Below, in pieces: positions 40,123 through 49,290 of a stretch of DNA of 64,000 bases. Source of the DNA: Candidatus Omnitrophota bacterium (GTDB taxonomy: Bacteria; Omnitrophota; Gorgyraeia; Gygaellales; Profunditerraquicolaceae); contig JBDRKE010000010.1 in NCBI GenBank assembly GCA_043814315.1, forward strand, positions 66,896 to 130,895, in the 5' to 3' direction. A program made the position numbers and the translations under genes. The first letter of the stretch is position 1; each line of letters starts with the position of its first letter. A model generated the notes under the pieces. The model saw nothing but the letters and a program-made list of their open reading frames with translations, was not told the DNA's origin and ran no database searches.

Positions 40123-42138
40123 GTGCAATCTATGATGACACAGACTAAATATAACAGAACAAAATTATTTATCAGTGGTTTTGTCTTAATCATATGTTGT
40201 GTCTTTTTAGTCTATTCAAATAGCCTCAACAGCCCCTTTATCTGGGATGACGAAGCTTTAGTCGTCGCAAACCCCTTAATTAAAGACGGGGGTTCTTTAG
40301 CAAAGATTTTTACCAGCGACCTTTACTACGGCTCGTCCACCGGTTCCAATTTTTATCGTCCCCTTCAGACCTTGACTTATCTGGTCAATTATCATTTCTG
40401 GCAATTAGAGCCTCGGGGTTACCATATCACAAACATTCTCTTACAAGGATTGGTTTCGTTTCTCGTTCTTTTATTGGCCTATTGGCTTTTGGGAGATTTT
40501 GCCGTTTCTTTGGCCGCTGCCTTACTTTTCGCTGTATGCCCTTTGCATACAGAAGCCGTTACCTATATTTCCGGAAGGGCCGAAATGCTCATGGGCCTAT
40601 TTTTAATTTCATCTTTTATTCTATTTCTTAAAAGCCTAGGCCCTAAGACTAAAAACAAAAACAACTTCTTCGGATTTTCCTTAATCTTATTTATTTGCGC
40701 GTTGCTTACTAAAGAATTATCCGTGCTTTTTCCTTTAGTCATTCTTTCCCATATTTTTTATTTTGCAAAAAACAGACTTAAGAAACCCGTGGTTCTTGCT
40801 AAAATCCTCCTGCCTTTCTTTGCGACGGCGGCATCGTACATTATTTTAAGGCTGTTTTTTCTAAACTTTATGACTCTTAGGCCTCCGGCATTAACGAAGT
40901 TTCCGTTCCTATTAAGAATCACGGTTTTTCCTAAAGTGCTTTTAACCTACCTGAAACTTTTGATTTTTCCCGTCGACCTGCACATGTCGAGAGAGTTCAT
41001 CAGGCCCACCACATTCGGGGGGTATTTTATTGCCTGGTTTGCCCTCGGTAGCATCATAGCGGGTGTCTTTTATGCCTTGCGCAATAATAGAGGCCGTAAA
41101 GTTGCCCCGTTTCTGTTATCATGGTTTTTGGTTTTCCTTCTGCCCCAATCCGGATTATTGGCCATAAACGCCTTCGTTGCGGAGCACTTTTTGTATCTAT
41201 CCTCTATAAGTTTTTTTATTGCCGTCGCCTATGTAATGAATAGATACCTGAGGCCTCGGTTATTTATTTTTGCCGTAGTGGGCCTATTGTTTTTTTACGG
41301 GACATTAACTTTTTCTCGTAATTATGAATGGTCGGACCCGGTTATTTTTTACGAGCGCATCTTAAAATTTTCACCCAGCAGTTTCCAGGCCCATAACAAC
41401 CTCGGGATACATTATCAGCGCCGAAGTCTTTATCAACAGGCCATACGGGAATACGAAAAAGCGCTAGAGATTATGCCTGACCTTTTGGAGGCCCGTTCTA
41501 ATTTAGCGGACATCTATTTTAAAATGGGCCGCTTGGACGATGCCAAGAGAGAGTATGCTTTCGTCGAAAAAACAGCGCCCGGAAGCAAGGCAGGCGAGAT
41601 CCAGAATAACATCGCCGCGATTTACGAATCACAAGGTTTATGGGATGAGGCGCTGGATAAATACAAGCTTGCCTTGCAACTGGATCCGGGTTTAGACTTC
41701 ACTCATTTTAATATGGCCAGGGTTTATTTTGTAAAAGGCGATTCTCCTTTGGCGGCACAGGAAATTCTTAATTCCCTTTCAAAATTAAACCTGCCCGAAA
41801 AGGAAGTGCCGATTCTTTTGAAATTGATTGAGGGGTATTTTGATTCAGGCAAGCGTCATACGCGCGCCCTGACCTTTTATAATGATCTGGGAGTGTTATT
41901 CGCGCAGAAAGAGTTTTTTGATGCCAGTATTGTGGCCTTTCAAAAAGTATTAGAACTGGATTTGCGATATAGTGATGCGCATTTTAATCTAGGTTTGGCT
42001 TATTGGAAGAAAGGCCTTAAGGCCAAAGCAGCGCTAGAATTCAAATACGCCCTTAAAATAAATCCCGGCCACGTGCAGGCTAAGGGTATGCTATCCGAGA
42101 TCAAAAAAGAAAATTTTTTTTATAGGATATCCTACTAA
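40123..42138 (+). CDS. polytopic membrane protein with a C-terminal TPR domain (GT-C / TMTC-like glycosyltransferase candidate)
   Basis: About 400 aa with 10 or more TM segments, followed by ~250 aa of TPR repeats (AHNNLGIHYQRRSLYQQAIREYEKALEI...). The start could be GTG 40123 or ATG 40132. Confidence 0.6.
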   Translation: MQSMMTQTKYNRTKLFISGFVLIICCVFLVYSNSLNSPFIWDDEALVVANPLIKDGGSLAKIFTSDLYYGSSTGSNFYRPLQTLTYLVNYHFWQLEPRGYHITNILLQGLVSFLVLLLAYWLLGDFAVSLAAALLFAVCPLHTEAVTYISGRAEMLMGLFLISSFILFLKSLGPKTKNKNNFFGFSLILFICALLTKELSVLFPLVILSHIFYFAKNRLKKPVVLAKILLPFFATAASYIILRLFFLNFMTLRPPALTKFPFLLRITVFPKVLLTYLKLLIFPVDLHMSREFIRPTTFGGYFIAWFALGSIIAGVFYALRNNRGRKVAPFLLSWFLVFLLPQSGLLAINAFVAEHFLYLSSISFFIAVAYVMNRYLRPRLFIFAVVGLLFFYGTLTFSRNYEWSDPVIFYERILKFSPSSFQAHNNLGIHYQRRSLYQQAIREYEKALEIMPDLLEARSNLADIYFKMGRLDDAKREYAFVEKTAPGSKAGEIQNNIAAIYESQGLWDEALDKYKLALQLDPGLDFTHFNMARVYFVKGDSPLAAQEILNSLSKLNLPEKEVPILLKLIEGYFDSGKRHTRALTFYNDLGVLFAQKEFFDASIVAFQKVLELDLRYSDAHFNLGLAYWKKGLKAKAALEFKYALKINPGHVQAKGMLSEIKKENFFYRISY

Positions 42139-42186
42139 CTTAATCTGTATCAAGCAGTTACCTAAAGACCCCACAAAAAAATTCCC

Positions 42187-42215
42187 TTGCGTAACTTGTT
42201 CTTTTGTGATAGAAT
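42187..42215 (+). promoter_or_regulatory. sigma70-like promoter candidate (extended -10)
   Basis: TTGCGT (42187..42192), a 17-nt spacer ending in TGa, then TAGAAT (42210..42215). It overlaps the nominal GTG start (42206) of the ORF track. Confidence 0.45.
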
Positions 42216-42235
42216 CATTCGAGTTAATTAAAAAA

Positions 42236-42655
42236 ATGATGAAAGGCCATGGCGCGAAGAGTTTTGTAACCATCATGATAGTGATTGCTATATCATCGCT
42301 TGTTGCTCGAACCGTGGTGGGCGTCTTCATAGACATGAACATGGGGCAGAATGAATCTAACGCAGAGGGAACCCTCAAACTCATAGCCGCTTCTTTGGAG
42401 AATTACGCCAACGATCATCGCGACAAATACCCGTCCAGTTTCTCTGCCTTGACACAATCCAAGATCGCCTATCTTGATAAAGATTACGTATCCGCTTCTC
42501 CTATAAAAGGTTACCTATACGGCTGTTTAAAGCTTGAGCCTTCTGGATACAATTGCTTTGCCGGGCCTACCCGATGCGGCTTGACTGGAAGAACCACTTA
42601 TAGCGTAACCACAGGAAGTCAGCTTGTTTCAGAGGGTTGCAAAAAGAGCGAATAA
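42236..42655 (+). CDS. atypical pilin-like protein (no Glu5 motif)
   Basis: MMKGHGAKSFVTIMIVIAISSLVARTVVGVF is followed by NAEGTLKLIAASLENYAND, a pilin-like alpha1-C pattern. It has four Cys and lies at the head of the minor-pilin operon. The start is placed at ATG 42236 because of the promoter candidate. Confidence 0.35.
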   Translation: MMKGHGAKSFVTIMIVIAISSLVARTVVGVFIDMNMGQNESNAEGTLKLIAASLENYANDHRDKYPSSFSALTQSKIAYLDKDYVSASPIKGYLYGCLKLEPSGYNCFAGPTRCGLTGRTTYSVTTGSQLVSEGCKKSE

Positions 42656-42667
42656 TAAGGAGAATTC

Positions 42668-43024
42668 ATGAGATTTTCTTATAACGCCTTTTCCTTAGTA
42701 GAATTAATGGTAGGTATAGTCATCTTGATGGTCGTTATCTCCGGATGCCTGCTTACGTATATTTACTGTGTCTTGCTCAACGATACGAGTCATAACATGG
42801 TAGTGGCGGTCAATGATGCCCAGTATGTTTTAGAACAGATTAAGTCCTTGGCGTATGGCGATATTGCCACATATACGGCTCCTGCGTTTAGCAATTTACC
42901 CAGTGAGGTCGTTACATTAAATAGTGCCATGGGGGCTTCGATGGGTACGATTACCGTAAATGTGAGCTGGCAGGAGAGAACGCGCTCAAGAACTCTTTCC
43001 TTGAAGACCTACGTGGCCAAATAA
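42668..43024 (+). CDS. minor pilin-like protein (PilV/GspI-like size)
   Basis: MRFSYNA|FSLVELMVGIVILMVVISG. 118 aa. Confidence 0.7.
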   Translation: MRFSYNAFSLVELMVGIVILMVVISGCLLTYIYCVLLNDTSHNMVVAVNDAQYVLEQIKSLAYGDIATYTAPAFSNLPSEVVTLNSAMGASMGTITVNVSWQERTRSRTLSLKTYVAK

Positions 43025-43025
43025 C

Positions 43026-43613
43026 ATGAAAAACTATTTATCCCAGGGCTGCGGATTCACGATTATTGAAGTTCTTTGCTCAGTTACCGTCGCGAGTTTC
43101 ATTGTTGGGGTTTTGTTTTACGCCTTAAGCAGCGCAGAGTATTCTCGGGCTGCCAGTGCCGCTAAGATCGAGGTGCAATCTGAGGTCAGGCGCAGCATCG
43201 ATTGGATTGTCAAGGACGTGCGTCAGGCCGTCAGTTGGGAAATCGCCGACGCTGACAACAGCCCGTCAAATACACACATTAAATTCCGGAAGGTCGAGGG
43301 TTGGAATACGACGGCAGAGACGTTTCTTTTAAGCGCCGATTACACCGAATACACGTACGATTCCGGTGATGATAGGATCACCCGCAGGCTCAGCGACTCA
43401 GATGATGAGACGAAACAGACATGGTCTTTAAACCATATTCAGCGAGCGCCCTTTTATACTTTGGATGGCTCGGGTAATGTTGTTGCTCTGAATGGCGGTG
43501 ATTTGCTCACCAGTAGAAAGCTGGTTATCGATATTAGGGGCAGTAAGCCCATTAAGGGCTCTTTAAATGCCACCGCAACGCTTATTGAAGAGGTGAAAAT
43601 AAGAAATGAATAA
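43026..43613 (+). CDS. minor pilin-like protein (PilW/GspJ-like size)
   Basis: MKNYLSQGCG|FTIIEVLCSVTVASFIVGV. 195 aa. Confidence 0.7.
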   Translation: MKNYLSQGCGFTIIEVLCSVTVASFIVGVLFYALSSAEYSRAASAAKIEVQSEVRRSIDWIVKDVRQAVSWEIADADNSPSNTHIKFRKVEGWNTTAETFLLSADYTEYTYDSGDDRITRRLSDSDDETKQTWSLNHIQRAPFYTLDGSGNVVALNGGDLLTSRKLVIDIRGSKPIKGSLNATATLIEEVKIRNE

Positions 43614-44478
43614 ACGCAGAGGAATCGTTTTAGTCTTTGCCCTTATGGTCATGCTCGTCCTGTCTATTTTATTGACTTCCTTTTATTTTCAGAGTGCCAA
43701 CGAAGGAAAGCTGGCGATGGTCTATGAAAATTCAACGCGCGCTTTTTGGTTAGCCGAGGCAGGTATGGCCCAGGCCTTGAGCACTTTTAGCGGGCCAACG
43801 TCATTCAGCGGCTTTATAGATGATGCCAATCATGCGTATAACGTGCAGGTGAGTTTTTTGTCAGGTATATACTATACTATTGTTTCTACCGGTACGGTCA
43901 CATCCCCGGCCACAGGAACGACGAATAGGGCTATAAGCGCCACGGTAAGAACAGGAGTGATTGACCCCACGAAATTTAAATATGGCATCGAAACAACCAC
44001 GGATTTGATTATCAAGGGGAGCGTGGATATCAATCCCAGCGGCAGCTGGAAAGAATACTCCACATTGGATTTTGCGGATCTGTTCGGAATAACGAAGGCG
44101 GAGATGAAGGATAATGCCACGCATGTTTATGCATCGGATACTTTCGATGGTCAGCCCGTTGACGGCATCACTTGGGTGGATGTTGATGACTCCATGAATA
44201 TCGCGGGAAATCTCGTCGGTAGTGGTATTTTAGTTATCAACGGAAATGTGCATTTCTCAGGGACCGTTCAATTTAACGGCATCATATATGTCATCGGAAA
44301 ATTGACGATGACGGGAACGGTGGATATATTTGGAAGCGTTCTGGCGGAGAGCAGTACCACCGTAGACACAGAACTCAAAGGAAACGTCGGGATCAATTAC
44401 AGCCTATCGGAGATAACGAATGCCCTAGGTTCCGTTCAATATATAACGAAAGAAATGGTTTCCTGGCAGGAAATATAA
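43606..44478 (+). CDS. PilX/GspK-like minor pilin-like protein
   Basis: MNKRRGIVLVFALMVMLVLSILLTSFY...STRAFWLAEAGMAQAL is the PilX_N pattern. 290 aa. Confidence 0.65.
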   Translation: MNKRRGIVLVFALMVMLVLSILLTSFYFQSANEGKLAMVYENSTRAFWLAEAGMAQALSTFSGPTSFSGFIDDANHAYNVQVSFLSGIYYTIVSTGTVTSPATGTTNRAISATVRTGVIDPTKFKYGIETTTDLIIKGSVDINPSGSWKEYSTLDFADLFGITKAEMKDNATHVYASDTFDGQPVDGITWVDVDDSMNIAGNLVGSGILVINGNVHFSGTVQFNGIIYVIGKLTMTGTVDIFGSVLAESSTTVDTELKGNVGINYSLSEITNALGSVQYITKEMVSWQEI

Positions 44479-44483
44479 TAGTC

Positions 44484-45512
44484 ATGAATATGAAATGGCT
44501 CAATGGGTTTAAGGAAAGAGTCGCCAAAGAAAGATTTACGTTCGGCCTGGATATCGGCAGCCGGCAGATCAAGATCGTCAAGTTGAAATTATTCAAAGAC
44601 GCTATTGAGCTGTGCGGTTTTGAGGTCGTGCCGGTGCAGCTGGATGTGGGAGCGGTTCTTAAAAAGTTCAAGCATTCTTTAGGTATCTCTTATGCCAACG
44701 TCGGCGTCTGCGGTTCCTCAACCGTGATAAGGTATGTGGATTTTCCCCTGATGAATCAGGCCGAGCTAAAACAGGCGTTGCGGTTTGAGGCACAAAAACT
44801 CATCCCTTTTGCCTTGAGTGAAGTCATTATAGACGGCTGCATTTTAAGGGAAAACGTAAAGGATAATAAAATGCTTGTTTTGATTGCAGCGGTCAAAAAA
44901 GACCTGATCCAGCAACGTCTGAAACTGCTGGAAGAGTCAGGATTAAAGGTTAAAATTATTGATATTGATTCGGTTGCGCTGGTTAATACCTTTAATCATA
45001 ATTACGCGCAGGATGAATTTATGAAGAATAAGACGATCGGCCTGCTTAACATCGGGTCTTCTTTAAGCAGCCTCAATATATTGGAAAATGGTGTTCCCCG
45101 TTTAAGCAGGGATATCCAGATAGCCGGTAATAATTTTACCCAGAAACTTGTCGATGCCTTCGGTATTGATTTTAAAGCCGCTGAAGAATTAAAGCTCAAT
45201 CCGGATAACGATAAAAAAGACAAAGTTGCCGTAGGCCTAGAGACGGTGCTGGCCAGCCTGGCAGGGGAAGTCAGGGTGTCTTTTGATTATTACGAAAGCC
45301 AAAACACCACTTCCGTCTCAAAGATTTTCTTAAGCGGGGGCGGCAGCCAGTTCATCGGTTTCAAGGATAGGCTCTCTGACCTTTTGGGGATAGACGTGCA
45401 GTACTGGGACTCTTTAAAACACATAACTATTTCAAATGAAATTGATTCTCAAAAAGTGAATAATCTGTCCGGCCAGTTAGCGGTGGCGGTAGGCCTGGCA
45501 TTGCGGGAGTGA
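44484..45512 (+). CDS. pilM: type IV pilus assembly ATPase-fold protein PilM
   Basis: 342 aa. Contains FGLDIGSRQIKIVKL, LRFEAQKLIPF and LSGGGSQ, the actin-like fold of the PilM family. Confidence 0.88.
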   Translation: MNMKWLNGFKERVAKERFTFGLDIGSRQIKIVKLKLFKDAIELCGFEVVPVQLDVGAVLKKFKHSLGISYANVGVCGSSTVIRYVDFPLMNQAELKQALRFEAQKLIPFALSEVIIDGCILRENVKDNKMLVLIAAVKKDLIQQRLKLLEESGLKVKIIDIDSVALVNTFNHNYAQDEFMKNKTIGLLNIGSSLSSLNILENGVPRLSRDIQIAGNNFTQKLVDAFGIDFKAAEELKLNPDNDKKDKVAVGLETVLASLAGEVRVSFDYYESQNTTSVSKIFLSGGGSQFIGFKDRLSDLLGIDVQYWDSLKHITISNEIDSQKVNNLSGQLAVAVGLALRE

Positions 45513-45554
45513 CGCCGAAAAAATTATTTCAGGGAATTTGGAATAGGTTAAAAG

Positions 45555-46130
45555 ATGATCAAGATTAATTTATTGCCGGAAGAATTCAACGCTAAGGCCG
45601 CAAGTCATAAAGTCAGGGTTGTTATCGAGGTCAAGTATTTAATTTATTTTATACCTCTTACTTTGGTTACCCTGCTTCTTTTTCACTCCTATCTGGGCGC
45701 GTTGCTGGTGGCCAGGTATAATCAGATAGCCGGGCTTAATAAAAAATGGCAAAGCCTCGAACCCGAGAGAAAAAAACTAGAAATTTTTAATAAAGAGAAT
45801 ACCTTGTACACACAGGATTCTTCTGCAGTTAAGACATTAGTTGAGCAGAGGGTAGTTTGGTTCGAAAAATTAAATGCCCTTAGCAATAGCCTTATGCCCG
45901 GTATTTGGTTTACCGAGCTTTCTATCGCTCCCAGAATTTTTACATTAAAGGCCTCGGTTGTTTCTTTGCAGAAAGAAGAGATGGGTATTATCAAGAAATT
46001 TATCGATAATCTAAAAACTGATGCCGCTTTCTTTAAGAACTTTAACAGCCTGGAGTTAAGTTCCGTACAGAGAAGAACTATGGGTAGTTTTGATGTGCTG
46101 GATTTCACTTTAGCCGGGACATTGAATTAA
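45555..46130 (+). CDS. pilN: type IV pilus assembly protein PilN
   Basis: MIKINLLPEE start, a single TM segment and ~190 aa, located directly after pilM. Confidence 0.8.
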   Translation: MIKINLLPEEFNAKAASHKVRVVIEVKYLIYFIPLTLVTLLLFHSYLGALLVARYNQIAGLNKKWQSLEPERKKLEIFNKENTLYTQDSSAVKTLVEQRVVWFEKLNALSNSLMPGIWFTELSIAPRIFTLKASVVSLQKEEMGIIKKFIDNLKTDAAFFKNFNSLELSSVQRRTMGSFDVLDFTLAGTLN

Positions 46131-46131
46131 G

Positions 46132-46746
46132 ATGAAAATAGAACAATTATTGAATGAACCGCGTTTCGTTGCCTTGCGGGATAGGTTACGCATCGATGAT
46201 AGAAAGCTGTCTTTGATCATCGTTATTTTTTTAACCCTGGTGATTTATCTGGATGTGCAATTCATCATGAAAAGACAGTTTGAAGGCCTAGGGAAGTTAG
46301 GGTCGGAAATAGCAAGGTTAAAAACAGATCTGGAGTTTGTAAATAAAAATTTGCCGATTATGCAGAGTTTAGAAGGTAAGCAGGCCCAGCCGCAAGATCT
46401 TACTGCGACGAAAGCCAAGAAGCTCATGCGGGAAGAAGAAATCAATGCTTTGTATCAGGATATTTCCGTGTTGGCCAAAAGAAATAATGTGAGGATTGTG
46501 TTGATGAAGCCGAAACGCGAATCCCCTGCTTCCAAAGTGGAAAAGGCTGCCATATCGGAAAATTACACACCGCTGTTGCTTTCTTTGGATCTGGTCTGTA
46601 ATTATCATCGCCTGGCCGGTTTTATAAATGATTTAGAGAATGGCGAGGCCCTGCTTATCGTGCAGAATATAAAAATCATGCCTCAGCAGGACGATCTCTC
46701 TGGCCAAAAAGTGGATCTGGTGTTAAAGACATATTTAGGGAGATAG
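46132..46746 (+). CDS. pilO: PilO-like pilus assembly protein
   Basis: TM segment, a coiled coil, then YTPLLLSLDLVCNYHRLAGFINDLENGEALLIVQNIKI. Confidence 0.65.
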   Translation: MKIEQLLNEPRFVALRDRLRIDDRKLSLIIVIFLTLVIYLDVQFIMKRQFEGLGKLGSEIARLKTDLEFVNKNLPIMQSLEGKQAQPQDLTATKAKKLMREEEINALYQDISVLAKRNNVRIVLMKPKRESPASKVEKAAISENYTPLLLSLDLVCNYHRLAGFINDLENGEALLIVQNIKIMPQQDDLSGQKVDLVLKTYLGR

Positions 46747-46747
46747 G

Positions 46748-47137
46748 ATGCGTATGTTTAAACCGAAAATAGGAATCAGTATAGCGATTATTTCGTTCTT
46801 CGTTCTTCGTTTTTCGTTCTTCGTTTACAGCCAGGAGAAGAACACCGATGAAACTAAAAGTGCGCGTAATCCCTTTATGCCTTTGGTCACAGCCGATGGC
46901 CGCCTGATCAACCTCGACAAAGATAAGACAAGGGCGGATTTGGTGGTGGAGGGTACGATGTTTGACAAGCATGGCCGTTCCTACGCGATCGTGAACGGTC
47001 TGGTCGTAGAAGTCGCAGATACAATAGACGGTTTCAGAGTCTTGAAGGTCGAACAGGGAAAGGTCACTTTTATGAAGGATGGGCAAACCAGGGTCGTAGA
47101 AGTAAAGAGTGAAGAGAAAAAGGAGGAGGAAAGGTGA
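46748..47137 (+). CDS. PilP-like small periplasmic protein
   Basis: Signal/TM segment and a beta-domain (LVVEGTMFDKHGRSYAIVNGLVVEVADTIDGFRVLKVEQGKVTF), directly upstream of and overlapping the secretin gene. Confidence 0.45.
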   Translation: MRMFKPKIGISIAIISFFVLRFSFFVYSQEKNTDETKSARNPFMPLVTADGRLINLDKDKTRADLVVEGTMFDKHGRSYAIVNGLVVEVADTIDGFRVLKVEQGKVTFMKDGQTRVVEVKSEEKKEEER

Positions 47138-48912
47138 AAAAAATTAAATTCTTATGCCTCGGTGTCTTACTTTGTCTCATCGTATTAGGTTTTTATTTCT
47201 ACGCTTTTGCGCAGCAAAAGGAAACTTCCGTTGATCCTGTCTCGCCCGAGAATCCGAAAGTGCAAGAAGAGGCTTCATCAAAGAGCCAGGATTCGTTTGA
47301 AGAGTCAGATCACTCCTTTGCAGGAGGCAGCTTATCTGCTTCCGAGAACGTGACTCTGGATTTCAAGGAAGCTGATATTCAGAATGTCCTAAAAATCATC
47401 TCTTATAAATCAGGGGTTAACATCGTCAGTACTCCCGACGTTATAGGGAATGTTACCATCAAACTCGTTGATGTCCCCTGGGAGATGGCCTTGGATGTGC
47501 TCTTGAAGACCTACGGCTTTGGTTACCAAAAACAGGGGAATATTATTCTGGTTACTAAATTGGAGAACATATCCAAGATACAGGCGGAGGAAACGTTACA
47601 GACAGAGATTTTTTCGCTCAAATTCCTTGACGCCCAGGACGCTCAGAAGATTCTTATTTCGTTGCTTTCTCCGCGGGGCAAAATCTCCGTCCTCTACACC
47701 CGAGGCATGAAAGGTTGGCAGTTCGGCACTTTCAAGATTGGAAAAGAAACGGCATCCACTACGGGCCTAGCCAGAGAGAGAGAAGAGCCGGTTAAGTCCG
47801 AAACAATTTCCATTGAAAGGACGGCTGAGGGGGATACGGTGTCGCGTAAAGCCGAATTTGAACCCTCCATCAAATCCAAGACATTAGTTATCACGGACAC
47901 AGCCGCTTCTTTGGACAGGATCCGAAATGTTATTCTTCCCATGATTGATAAAAAACCAAAGCAGGTCCTCATTGAAACGAAACTTATAGAGGTCAATAGG
48001 AATAAGTTAAGAGACTTAGGCGTGGATTTCGGCACAGGCGCGACGGGCGCAACATCCAGTTCGATTGAGTATACGCCTGCGGGGAAAAAGTCCGGCATTG
48101 ATACTTCCCAGATAGGCGGACAAGTTTTGGGTTCCCAGTTTAAGCCTTCCATTTTTAGCGCGCTGGAAGGTTCAACCCTGGCGCCGGGGACAGAGCCTTA
48201 CAATTTGGGCGCTGAGCTGGTATTTAGAAAATTGACCGGAACGAATTTTCAGGTTATATTGCATGCCCTTGAAGAGGATGCCAATACAAACACTTTATCC
48301 AGCCCAAAGATATTAACGTTGGATAATCAAGAGGCTTCCATCCTGGTAGGCTTTCATACGCCTATCCTTACTTCTACGGTAACGGCTGGTTCAACCACGG
48401 GAGGAACCGGAGCCACGGTCACGCAGAGCTTAGACTATTATCAGGAAATAGGCATCCGTCTCAATGTCGTGCCTCAGATCAGCGAAGAAGGCTACATCAA
48501 TATGATCATTCATCCCAGCATCACCTCGACGACTTCTAACGTCACGGCGACATCCACGGCCAGCGGTGTGACGACCAGCACAAGTTATCCTGTCATCGAT
48601 GTGCGCGAAGCCCAGACCCAGGTACTCCTGAAAGACGCAGAGACTATCGTCATCGGAGGCCTGCTCAAGGATGTTAAGAGCAAGCAAACCATAGGCGTTC
48701 CTTTCTTAAGCGCCATTCCTTTTCTGGGAGCCTTGTTCAGACGGGATACCTATGATACGGAAAAAGTAGACCTGTTGATATTCATCACCGCCCGCATTAT
48801 TAAAGACGGGGAGTTCTCTCAAGAGGATATTGCGAAATTGCAGAAGAACTTAAGCCCTATCGAGAGCGAAGCCAAAGAGAAAGCTGTTGTCAAGGACAAG
48901 AAGAAAAAGTAG
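47134..48912 (+). CDS. pilQ: secretin (PilQ/GspD family)
   Basis: Signal peptide, an N0-like domain (VTLDFKEADIQNVLKIISY...) and a secretin domain (SSPKILTLDNQEASI, LKDAETIVIGGL, VPFLSAIPFLGALFR). Confidence 0.9.
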   Translation: MKKIKFLCLGVLLCLIVLGFYFYAFAQQKETSVDPVSPENPKVQEEASSKSQDSFEESDHSFAGGSLSASENVTLDFKEADIQNVLKIISYKSGVNIVSTPDVIGNVTIKLVDVPWEMALDVLLKTYGFGYQKQGNIILVTKLENISKIQAEETLQTEIFSLKFLDAQDAQKILISLLSPRGKISVLYTRGMKGWQFGTFKIGKETASTTGLAREREEPVKSETISIERTAEGDTVSRKAEFEPSIKSKTLVITDTAASLDRIRNVILPMIDKKPKQVLIETKLIEVNRNKLRDLGVDFGTGATGATSSSIEYTPAGKKSGIDTSQIGGQVLGSQFKPSIFSALEGSTLAPGTEPYNLGAELVFRKLTGTNFQVILHALEEDANTNTLSSPKILTLDNQEASILVGFHTPILTSTVTAGSTTGGTGATVTQSLDYYQEIGIRLNVVPQISEEGYINMIIHPSITSTTSNVTATSTASGVTTSTSYPVIDVREAQTQVLLKDAETIVIGGLLKDVKSKQTIGVPFLSAIPFLGALFRRDTYDTEKVDLLIFITARIIKDGEFSQEDIAKLQKNLSPIESEAKEKAVVKDKKKK

Positions 48913-48987
48913 CCTGCAGGAAGAGTTTTAGTTTTTTCTTAGGACGCCTTTTTAAGGTGGACGGGAAAAAAGTGCCCATTATTTTTT

Positions 48988-49290
48988 ATGGTCAGAGTGA
49001 AATTCATTTTTACAAAAAAAGGACACATGAGGTTTATCTCGCATCTGGACCTGATGCGCCTATTGATGCGAGCGTTTCGACGCAGCGGTCTGCCTCTTAA
49101 AATGACAGAGGGTTTTAATCCGCATCCGAAGCTCAGTATGCGGCGTGCTTTAAAATTAGGGCTTGAAAGCGACCACGAAGAGGCCGCGATCGTTTTAAGG
49201 GAAGAGTTGGGACTGAAGGAATTTGGTGAGCGTCTGTCAAAACAATTACCCGAGGGAATTCATATAAAAGAGGTTGAAAAAGATGCCTAA
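48988..49290 (+). CDS. short DUF2344 (TIGR03936-like) protein, N-terminal part only
   Basis: The sequence RFISHLDLMRLLMRAFRRSGLPLKMTEGFNPHPKLSMRRALKLG matches the family N-terminus. It is only 100 aa and overlaps the rng start. Confidence 0.5.
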   Translation: MVRVKFIFTKKGHMRFISHLDLMRLLMRAFRRSGLPLKMTEGFNPHPKLSMRRALKLGLESDHEEAAIVLREELGLKEFGERLSKQLPEGIHIKEVEKDA

